Source of the DNA: the human T2T-CHM13v2.0 reference genome, Homo sapiens
Assembly: GCF_009914755.1 (NCBI RefSeq)
Contig: NC_060933.1
Strand: one strand, 5' to 3'
DNA length: 64,000 bases
Shown here: one piece after another, positions 53,885 to 64,000 of the stretch
Numbering within the stretch: the first letter of the stretch is position 1
How the letters are laid out: each line of letters begins with the position of its first letter
Made by a program: the position numbers and the translations under genes
Notes under the pieces: generated by a model
Told to the model about the DNA's origin: nothing
Seen by the model: the letters and a program-made list of their open reading frames with translations, nothing else
Databases searched by the model: none

Positions 53885-54129
53885 GTCAAAAGTGAACCAA
53901 AGACCAGTAAGTTAGAAGTTTATTTATAAACTTCCTGGCTATTTTCTTTCCTTTATTTTTTTTGAATATTACTCAAAACTAAATCTTTATACGAATGGAG
54001 CTAGTAATCACGTTGATGAAAACTACTAAAAGTCACGATTCAATCATGAGAACACCTAAAGCGAAAAGTAGACCTATGAACCATTTTGCTTATAAATATA
54101 AAGGGAAGCAATAAAGTCTGAATTCTTAC

Positions 54130-54339
54130 GGGTAAAGGCTTAGCAACTCCTATTCTCACAGTCCCTGACGGTGCTCCCTTCAGTGCTTCTACAGCTTCCT
54201 CAAGACTGCTGTTTTCCAAGTTAACATCGTTTACAAACATGAGTCGGTCACCAGGAAGAAGTCGTCCATCCTTTTCAGCAATGCCGCCAGGCACCAAAGA
54301 ACGAATTATAATCACAGTGCTTGCTGGATCAATTGGATC
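54130..54339 (-). CDS. MPDZ: MPDZ exon, 210 nt, PDZ5: [38 protein letters not shown]...AKPLP
   Basis: tgtcag| and CCC|gtaaga; overlaps ORF 54040..54315. Confidence 0.97.
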
Positions 54340-55459
54340 CTGACAGAAGGCAAAAGGAAAGAGTCAGCTCATTTTACAAAGAAAATTCTTCTACAGGTCG
54401 TCCACTCTAAATCGTAACGAATGAGTAATTGTCTCAAGTGCCTTTAAAAATTTTCATGCCAAAAAAAATCCATACAAAATTTCTAATTATTTAGACAAAA
54501 GCTATCTCCATTTTAGAGGGTTTAGGAAGAAGTCACCTTAAACAATGGCACCCTCACTTCCTAATGTTCCTGAGTAGACCTCTTAAATTGTACAGATAAC
54601 TTTAAAATTATAATTTTAACTTTGATAAGTTATCAAATTTTATAACTATTATTGGAGGCCAGATGTTGGGTATATTAATTATTAACAAAAGCATTGTTAA
54701 ATAGGGTGTTACTGTATGGAACATCAACTCACTACTAGATATAAGTGCACTGAAGGTAGGACCCATCCTTTTGAAATGAAAGAACAGAGAGCAAGGCCAT
54801 AAAGTATGTGGTAGTGAAGTGTTTTCAGACACACAGCAACCTTAATGTTTTAACAAGGCTCCAGAGTCAGGCCCTATGAACACAACTTCCTGGAGTCATC
54901 CAAGGTGGCTTTCTGATTTAGTGTAAGTAAGGAACAACAGCTGCACTCTATCAGACAGGCTTTACCATCTCCTCCCTTAGCAAAGAATGCAATGCAAGCA
55001 GGGACAAAGGCCAACTTGACCAATTTAAGTATATTCATAAATTTAGTCAAATGATTGGAACAGCAGAAATATTAATTGGAATATCAGATTATAAATTAGC
55101 ATTCATGTTATAGACAAAAGAAATACCTACTTCTTTATGACTTACCACTAAAATATGAGTCATCAAATAAGCCCATGGAAATACAAATAGCATAAGCACT
55201 TCCCAAATAACGAAAAAACACCCACTATGATATTCCTAAAATGTATCTTCCAATTCCAAGAGATGAAATAAAAATAGCTCAATGAACTCAATGTTAAAAG
55301 AAATCCTTTATGATAATCAGTGAATCCTATAAATCACTATTTTGAAAGACTGACTAGAAAAAAGAAAACATCTTTGATGGTTATAAACTATCATCATCTG
55401 CTTTTTCTTTGATAGCAACAATAGGCCTTTAAAAATTGTTAAAAGTAGTATATACTTAC

Positions 55460-55645
55460 CTGATAATCTAAAATGCTAAAACCAAGTCCTTTGCTCCCTT
55501 TCTCCAGCTCTATGTGCTGAATGCCAGCCTCCCACATGGCCAAAGGTGCTTGAACCTCTTCTGTACTCTGACCCGCATCAGTCATCGCCAGCACTGGATC
55601 CTCTGTCTCTGATGACCCGATGAACTCACCTAGATCTACGTGAGG
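55460..55645 (-). CDS. MPDZ: MPDZ exon, 186 nt, start of PDZ5: PHVDLGEFIGSSETEDPVLAM...ELEKGSKGLGFSILDYQ
   Basis: atccag| and CAG|gtaagt; GLGF motif; phase 0-0. Confidence 0.96.
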
Positions 55646-56989
55646 CTGGATAATATCAGACAGCTCTTATTTCAGAGGCATTGCATTAGCTGACACACAT
55701 ACCAACACTACAAGAAAAGGGATATTCCCAGCATCTGTCCAAACAAAACATCCTCAAACAAGAGTAGCAACAGCTTTTCATGAAACCTTTAGGAATTAAG
55801 GTAGTAATTACTGAAAGTTGTTAAGAAGGAAGAAATACCTAAGTTTTAACAAACATTAAAAATATATGATTCAAAGGTCTATGAAAATATGCAATGGTTA
55901 TATCTCGACAGCAGGATTGTGCGTGACTGTCACTTTTTTCATCAGTGTTTCAATCATCTCTAGTCAGAAAAAAATGTAAAGCTATTTTGATATTAAATAA
56001 AAGGAATTCTTATGATAAATAAAAACAAGAGAAAATGGATATATGCAAAAGTTCTATACTCTATACAAATAAGAGTTCTAAAATGCTGTGACTTGTGCAT
56101 ATGGTTATTTCATTAACAAATTAACATACACAGTGGCAAAACATAAGATTTGAAATCAGATTTGCCCCCAGCTTGAAGCAGCTTGAATATTTAAAATTTG
56201 AATTACATTGAGCAATATTCATCAACTGGGTCCCAGAGTTACCCATCTCATAGAATTTTCTGAGGACTAAATGAAGTAACATTTATAAAGCATCAGACAG
56301 AAATAGGGATTCAAAATACTAGGTTAATATAGGTTAATTCAACTTTGTTCATCTGTATGAACATAACTTAAAGAAAGATGTGTTTATGAGGATGAAATTC
56401 TAGTTTGTAGAATATCTTTGCTTCTAATCAATTATTGCACAGCCTAGGACCACAGATACAAATGACACCCATTTGCTTTATTGTAATAATCCCATTATAC
56501 ACATAAAAACATGTATGGATACATATAGGGTACTAGACTTTGAGTGCTATAAAATTTGGAATTATGTTTCTTGTTCTACCCTATTCTAATCACCCATATG
56601 AATACTAAACTATGCATTTTATTCTTCAAAATTTTCCAAATTATTCCATTGTACTGATTCATTCAATATACTATAAATCAAATCCTAACATCATCTCTCA
56701 ATATACCTTAAATGAGATTTGACTGGACCACATATTATGCAAAGTCCTAATCCTAACTTTAGCTATGTATTGTGTATCCTCAGAAAAGCTGATTAGCTCC
56801 ATTTCTTGACATCATGATACGAATGAATGAAAAACAATAAACAAACAGGAAAATGTGAGTTCCTGAATGTCACAGAGAATTATCTGACATGTATCATTAT
56901 GGGCCAAATTTATTGTATTTTAAAAGGATAGTATGTAAACAAGTAAGACCTATCCACACAGAAATGCTGTGTCCATCCATATTTTAGCC

Positions 56990-57360
56990 ATTCACTAAGT
57001 GGTAACTGTGTGCCAGGCAGAGTTGGGTAGGTTATTTAAAAATATTTTTTACCACATATGTACTATGTACACACTATATACTTCAGTTTTCTCTTCTGCA
57101 AATGGAGACGAATATGAGCATCTACTTCATAGAAATGCTGCAAGTAAATTAAACAAGTATATAGTATGCATTAACATCTAACATGATTACATAACCTTAT
57201 TTAACCTTCAGGGCAACTTTTTGAGACAAGCATCATGACTTACATTTTACCAAGGAGAAAACTGAGGTTCAGAAAGATGAAGTGATTTGCCCAATTTCCC
57301 ACAGCTAGTGTCAAGTCTGATTCAAACCCAGATTTGTCTGACTTTAAATTCTATCCTCCA
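56990..57360. mobile_element. MIR fragments in both orientations
   Basis: cttcagttttctcttctgcaaatgg; gaaaactgaggttcaga...gattcaaacccag. Confidence 0.7.
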
Positions 57361-57476
57361 AGCCATGGGCGATGTGAGTAAATCAAATACCAAATTGAAA
57401 AATGCTTAAAAAATTTTAAGCCATTTAGCCTTTCCATTATATATGTAGGTTAGCCTCATGTATGCAAATCTGATAC

Positions 57477-57641
57477 CTTTTCTGTTAGCTCAATATCACA
57501 TAAGTCCAGGCTATCCAATTCTGATTGGGTGGTGGGTGGCACAGTTCGACGACAGCACACCATTGTCACTTCTATAGGCAGTTCTTTTAAGATATTCACC
57601 ACATCTTGGTGATTTTCCCCAAGTAAAGTTATGCCATTTAC
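57477..57641 (-). CDS. MPDZ: MPDZ exon, 165 nt, PDZ4 C-half: VNGITLLGENHQDVVNILKELP...DIELTEK
   Basis: tcacag| and AAG|gtatca; lies within ORF 57456..57659. Confidence 0.97.
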
Positions 57642-58512
57642 CTGTGAAAAAAGATACATTGTCCAAGAAACAACACTTCATAATATGAACATTCTTTTGA
57701 ACACAATTTTTTTATTAAATATAAATTTTACTATAGTCATTACCACAGTTTACTGTGCTCAGAACTATAGTGAGACCTGTGGAAATACTATCTAAATTTA
57801 TGTGCAAGTTTAGAGTATTGTTGGAATTGGAGCTTCTAAAGCACTCAAAGAAAAACCACTAGCTTTCATCTATGTTTGATCTGCCAGTGTAGTGGTCTGG
57901 AAAAAAGAGACAATAAAAATATTTCCAAAGAATGAAAAGGACAAGGAGAAGAATAGTATAAAACTTTGACATTTTGTATAATTATAAAGTAAAAAAAAAA
58001 TTGGACAATGACATATATTGTATGCTAGTGTACTTTAAAAAGTGAGGGAAAATAATATATTCAAACTTTCTTGTTTATGCATTAAAAATACTGGCAGATT
58101 ACAAAGAAGCAAATATATTAGTAGTTACCTAATGAAGGGTGATGAGAACTGGATGAATTGGGACAGGAAGGAGACCCTTTTCCATTCTTTATCTTTGTAT
58201 TCTCTGTGATTTTAAACATCTGAATGCGTTACTTATTCTAAAAATTAAATAAATGTTAAAAAAAATTTCAAAGACTGTTTTTATAGTTTTCTGAACCTAA
58301 ATAAAAAATGGCATGGAATTAGTTCTAAAGCTAAATGTACACACAGATACACAGATACAAAATTTCTGCTTTGGGTTGTTTTTATCTGTAGATTTCTCTC
58401 AAGTCCCCTTTGGAGGGGAAATTTAAAATGAGAATTTATTCACCACATTAAGCCTCCTGCAAGCTTTTCCATGTCTTATTTAAGGAGGAGAAGGAACAGC
58501 ATAGCTCCTTAC

Positions 58513-58659
58513 TTCCAATAGCTCGTCTCCACTGAAGAGCTTCCCGCTGTGTCCAACAGGACCCTCTGGTAGAACAGATCGGATAAAATGATGTCCCACT
58601 GTCGCTTCCAGGCTTATCCCCAATCCACTGTTCTCACTAAACTTGCTCACATGGGCCAC
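58513..58659 (-). CDS. MPDZ: MPDZ exon, 147 nt, PDZ4 N-half: VAHVSKFSENSGLGISLEATVGHHFIRSVLPEGPVGHSGKLFSGDELLE
   Basis: poly-T ttttcag| acceptor, GAA|gtaagg donor; GLGI carboxylate-binding loop; phase 0-0. Confidence 0.97.
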
Positions 58660-59667
58660 CTGAAAAGAAAAAAAAAAAGATCACCACAATTTTTATATTC
58701 TTTTTATTTTTACTCATGCACACATTTTATGTTTTATGTTTACCCAAAAGTGGTCATCTTTCTCACAAAGCTTCAAAAACCATATTGTAAAACTGCAAAG
58801 CTTTGGGGCTTTTCCTTTGAAAGAGTACTGGTGTCTTTTGATTTCATGAACTTACAAACTGAAAGGAAGCAGTGAGCCGCAAGCTCCCATTACATAGGTC
58901 TCATCTGTTTCTCATAAATAGGTACAATTTCTCTCTTGTTTCCCAAGTAGAAAAACGAGGTTCAGAAAAGGTACCATGACCAGAGCTGCACAGCTAGAAA
59001 AGGGTTTGAAGCTAAACAAAGAACGCAGAACCACATTCCTGGGTTTATGCTGTAACCAGAGACAACGGTCTTTAAAAATGATCAAACCTTAAAACCAAAG
59101 AATGAACTTCCAATTTTCTACTGTTACATTAAATAATGAAGAATATTAGAAAGCTGTTCATTTTCACACAGAATCCAATAAATAAAATATTAAAATCAGA
59201 ATGTATGCCAAAGACGATCTACTTTATCCCTTTTATTTTATAGTTAAGGCAACTGAGGGATAAAAGGACTAAAAAAAAGTTTGATTAAAAAGAGCTCTTT
59301 CAAATTTTAATGATAACGTGCAGAAGTCAGTTTCAGAAGCGATATCACCTGACTTTGAAATCTAATACTGGATGAAATCCTTCTCACCCCTGAAAACCCA
59401 ATTTAGGCATCACTTCCCCTGAGAATGTCCCATCCAATAATGTCCATTAGTCAGTCCTGTTACACTACTTCCCTTATGATTTCATTTATGCTGTATCGCT
59501 ACATAGCAAACAATTTGAAGTCAGATCTATGTCTTATTACCTTTATCTTGCCAAGGCCCATAAATATCTTAGTCCTTTTTCATTTATTGTATACTTCCGC
59601 ACTTGACAGATTACTAGGAATGCCACCAAGAAAGCATGAGCACAAAGGGCAGTTAAAAGTTCAGTCT

Positions 59668-60067
59668 TTGGATAAAGAAAATGTATATACACCATGGAAT
59701 ACTACACAGCCATAAAAAAGAATTAGTTCATGTCCTTTGCAGGGACATGGATGAAGCTAGAAGCCATCACTCTCAGCAAACTAACACAGGAACAGAAAAC
59801 CAAACACCATATGTTCTCACTCATAAGTGGGAGTTGAACAATGAGAATACAAGGACACAGGGAGGGAAACATCACACACTAGGGCCTGTAGGGTGGTGGG
59901 GGCAAGGGGAGGGAGAGCATTAGGATAAATACCTAATGCATGCAGGCCTTAAAACCTAGATGATGGGTTGACAGGCGCAGCAAACCACCATGGCACATGT
60001 ATACCTATGTAACAAACCTGCACATTCTGCACATGTATCCTAGAACTTAAAAGTAAAATTTAAAAAA
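59668..60067 (+). mobile_element. 5'-truncated L1PA 3' end with 13-bp TSD
   Basis: L1PA 3'UTR (ctcactcataagtgggag, gcaaaccaccatggcac); TSD aaaagttcagtct at 59655-59667 and 60068-60080. Confidence 0.95.
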
Positions 60068-60351
60068 AAAAGTTCAGTCTGAGCTCTGATGCCTACAACA
60101 AAATGGCTAGTCAAAGGGTCTCCTTCATTATTCAATTACCACCCGAAGGACTGCAGTCTCAGTTATGCACACCTGCCACATTAACCCTATCCCTCCATGA
60201 AAATAATTTCTGAAGTTTCATGTTAACCACTGTTAAGATGGACCTTAATCTATTTTTCCTTAGGTCAATTTAAAATGGTAGTAACAGCTATACTTACTCA
60301 ATTCATATTTGACTGTTAATCATTTTGAATGTTTAAAAAAAAAAAGATTAT

Positions 60352-60657
60352 AGCAAGGTGCAGTGGTGCATGCCTGTAATCCCAGCAATTTGGGAGGCTG
60401 AGGCAGGCAGACTGCTGGAGTCCAGAAGTCCAAGACCAGCCTGGGCAACATGGCAAAACCCAGTCTCTACAAAAAATACAAAAATCAGTTGGGCGTGGTG
60501 CTGCATGCCTGTAGTCCAAGCTACTCGGAAGGCTGAGGCAGGAGAAAAGTTTGAGCCCTGGTGGTCAAGGCTGCAGTGAGCCATGACTGCACCACTGCAC
60601 TCCAGCCTGGGTGACAGAGCGAGACCTTGTCTCAAAAAAACAAACAAACAAACAAAA
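60352..60657 (+). mobile_element. AluJ
   Basis: diverged dimer, ggtcaaggctgcagtgagccatga, (aaac)n tail. Confidence 0.93.
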
Positions 60658-61466
60658 AGATGATTATGGTCATGAGGACTAAATGAAATACTAAGAACAC
60701 TACTGCTTGGCACAAAGTATGCTATAAACGCTAGTTATTAATATATGTCATCTGTTGTATCTTCTCCCTTCTAGTCCAGAGGTATATAAATATTACAAGA
60801 AATATGAAAAATTCTACCTAACATACTATTTTATTTTTTCTTTTGAAATCCGTGAAATTTGCTGGTATGGTATGTACCTTAAGATTGATAATTTATAACA
60901 ATTTTATTAGACCCCCTTTTGGGATGGTAGATCACAATGGCTATGCTAGATATACAGGCTACTAATAAACATAAAACATTCACCACAGCATAAGTGGTAT
61001 GAAAAAAAGTATGCAGAATTAACCTCTTCAGGAAGGTAAATACATAGGAGTGGAAAAGAAAGAGTAGAAAAGAGTCCTTTTACAATTCTGTTCATAAGTC
61101 ATGATAAATTTTGTTTTATTTTTAAATAAACTCATTCTATTTTGATTCTTTCTATAAATCATAGGTTTAAAAATCAGAAAAATCCTTCCTTGTGTCTATA
61201 TTATTCATACTATTACTGGAAATATTAAAATACTGATAAAATGCAAGTTTCAAAACTTCCATCCCATTTATTTCAGTTCGTTACTATATACCTTTCTCCA
61301 ACCTAAATTTTTTTTATTACCTGGATCACCATATTTAGGTTGTCTAAAAAAGGCCTGTACATTTGATTCTTCTCTGGAACTCTAATGATTGCCTCTATTA
61401 TTCCCTCGAACTGCCTGCTCAAATACAGTTACAAGTTAGAAAATTACAGAAGGTCAGCTAACCTAC

Positions 61467-61576
61467 CACTATTTCATAGTTAATTCCCATAATCCTTTGC
61501 CATTTTGTCAGCAGAGCAGCTTCTTGTTTTTGTGCATCTTCTATTTCTTCTATCTCAGCTGACAGTAATGGATACC
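61467..61576 (-). CDS. MPDZ: MPDZ coding exon, 110 nt: (G)YPLLSAEIEEIEDAQKQEAALLTKWQRIMGINYEIV
   Basis: tttcag|GG acceptor, GTG|gtaggt donor; phase 1 to 0; translation matches MUPP1 just before PDZ4. Confidence 0.96.
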
Positions 61577-62635
61577 CTGAAACAGTCAAGGCAATTAAGT
61601 TAGCAGCAAACTACAGAAATCTCCACATCTTAACATCCTGTACCAAGGATTCTCTGATCAGAACCCGCTGTATCACGTCAGACTCTTCGCCCAATATATG
61701 GGCTATTCTCATCTCCATAATTATTTAAATACTTCAATTAAGAACCCTATAATTTGTATGTTTGACACTACTCACTTTTAACAGATGAATTTTAAATCTT
61801 TACCTCCATTAAAGTGCCCATGTATTATCTAATTTTTATTTAAACGAGTAAGGACTCTGAGCAGTTCCAGAATTCACTTCATAGTCCTCTGGTAATGCTA
61901 CAGTAAAAAGGGATGTCGTCTTCAATGTTCTCTGTTTTATTTTCATTTAGTTCATCAGGGGAAAAAAGGACTATGCTATTATTTCACAAAATCAAACAAA
62001 TGAAATCAACAAATAATATATATAACTCCATATATGAGAAAATATAAAGAAATAATAATAAACTAAGGCTATACATTAAAATAAAAGCCTATTAATTGGT
62101 ATCTCAATAATTTACAAAAAGAGAAATTTTTAAAAGGACAGAAAAACACTAAACAAATTTTGTAAACAATACTGAATTTAAAATGCTTACCTAAAACAAG
62201 AAACTGGTTGAGAAATTTGAAGTCATAGTCAAAGATTTCCATATTTCATAACAGTTCTTACTCGTAAGATTTGTCTTTTTAAAATCTCTATTAGGCACTA
62301 TTCTCTAAATTAAATTTCAATATCCTTTTTAGCATTCAAATTTCAAATTTAAAAAATGTTAAAAAATTCAGATTTCTTATTAGTTGCCTCCTCTTTTAGT
62401 GGGAATATCCAGGAGCTTTCATTCCAGGCATATTTTGTAGGTCTGTTATGCTTTAAGCTAATAAGATGATTCTGTTTTCTCCTTAAAAGACTGTAAACAA
62501 TAAACTATATATATATATATATATTTTTAGTTTGAAGACTAGCCTCCCCAAATAAGTGTTACTTCCTCAAAATTAAATTCAGTCCAGAGGTTAACAGATA
62601 TAAAAGCACAGCTAGATAGAAGAAATATGTTCCAG

Positions 62636-62771
62636 TGTTTTTGTTTGTTTATTTGTTTGTTTTTAAATTAGATGGGGGGTCTTGCTCTGTTGCTCAGGCT
62701 GGTCTCAAACTTCTGGTCTCAGTAACACTCCCGAGTAGCTGGGATTACACCAATAAGCCACCATGCTGAGC
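62636..62771 (-). mobile_element. FLAM/Alu monomer
   Basis: (tttg)n followed by ggtcttgctctgttgctcaggctggtctcaaact. Confidence 0.8.
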
Positions 62772-62809
62772 AATTCTAACACTATCGGGTGACTATGATT
62801 AACTATATT

Positions 62810-64000
62810 CTCTTTTTAAAATATTTTATTGATACATAATTGTACATATTTATAGGGTATATGTGATATTTTGATACATGTATATAATGTGTAATGATCA
62901 AATACAGATAATTAGGATATCCATTCCCTTAAACATTTATTATATTTTTTGTGTGTGTTGGGAACATTCCAAATCTTCTTCCTATTTTGACATACACAAT
63001 AAGTTATTATTGTCACCCTACTGTGCTGTTGAACACTAGAACTTATTCCTTCTAGTTAATTGTATTTTTGTACCCAGTAACCAATACCTCTTCATCCCAC
63101 CCCTCCTCAAACTCTTCCAAGCCTCTGGTCATTCTACTCTCTATTTCCAGAAATCAACTTTTTAAGCGCCCACTTATAAGTGAGATCATGCGGTATGTGT
63201 CTTTCTGTGCTTGGTTTATTTCACTTAACACAATGTCCTCCAGTTTCATCCATGTTGTTCCAAAAGACAAAACTTCATTCTTTTTGTGGCTGAATGATAT
63301 TCCATTGTGTATATACACCACACTTTCTTCATCCATTCTCCTGTTGATCGGCACTTAGGTTGCTTCCATATCTTAGCCATAGTGAACAGAACAGCAATGA
63401 ACATAGGGGTACGGATATCTCTTTGCTATACTGATTTCCTTTCTTTTGGATATATACCCAAGAGTAGGACTGCTGGATCATATGGTAGTTTAACTGTTCG
63501 TTTTTTGAGGAACCTCCATAATGCTCTCCCTAGTGGCTGTACTAATTTACATTACCATCAACAGCATTATGAGGGTTCCCCTTTCTCCACATCCTTGTCA
63601 GCATTCATTATTGCTTGTCTTTTGGATAAAAGCCATTTTAATAAGGGTGAGATGATATCTCATTGTAGTTTTGACTTGCATTTCTCTGATGATCAGTGAC
63701 GAACATTTTTTCATATACCTATTGGCCATTTGTATGTCTTCCTTTGAGGAATGTCTATTCAGATCTTTTCTGCATTTTTAATCAGATTATTTGATTTTTT
63801 TTCTATTGAGTTTTTTGAGCTCTTTATATATTCTGGTTATTAATCAGATGGGTAGCTTGAACATATTTTCTCTCATTCTTTGGGTTGTCTATTTATATTG
63901 TTGTTACCTTTGCTGTGCAGGAAAGCTTTTTAGCTTGATGTGATCCCATTTGTCCATTTTGGCTTTGGTTGCCCGTGCTTTTGTGATATTACATAAAAAA
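62810..64000 (-). mobile_element. L1MA-like LINE 3' region, running off the window end
   Basis: ORFs 63154..63354 and 63307..63699 resemble L1 sequence; typical antisense L1 text. Confidence 0.92.

Noticed and set aside
60316-60713. Alu-overlapping ORFs (also 1614, 27206, 38600, 43454, 53642)
   Set aside because: Typical Alu translation artefacts.
63068-63699. ORFs of 96, 66 and 130 aa
   Set aside because: They lie in degraded L1 sequence; not genes.

Overview
Mammalian genomic DNA, AT-rich with Alu/L1PA/THE1 primate repeats; the exon translations match human MPDZ as I recall it. The window is the middle of the MPDZ (MUPP1, multiple PDZ domain protein) gene on the minus strand. Nineteen GT-AG coding exons chain in one frame from 61576 down to 1409. 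They cover roughly residues 516-1461 (PDZ4-PDZ8; about exons 13-31, numbering from memory). Introns hold Alu, L1, L2, MIR, THE1/MLT1 LTR, MER2 and MADE1 elements. The main finding is in the repeat-poor 7.4 kb between the last PDZ7 exon and the PDZ7-8 linker exon, where I find a cluster of additional frame-compatible candidate cassette exons. Two (84 nt and 72 nt) each encode a PTNPF motif, paralleling the STNPF in the canonical 99-nt exon. A 37+32-nt microexon pair restores frame only when both are included. This suggests a splicing-controlled module that sets the number of NPF (EH-domain ligand) motifs in MUPP1. Other observations: a 42-nt exon or internal first exon inside PDZ6, a 72-bp-arm foldback, an ultra-truncated L1 with target-site duplication (TSD), an Alu with an inverted left arm, and a local 200-bp duplication. 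The candidate exons are inferred from sequence only, and some may already be in isoform annotations.
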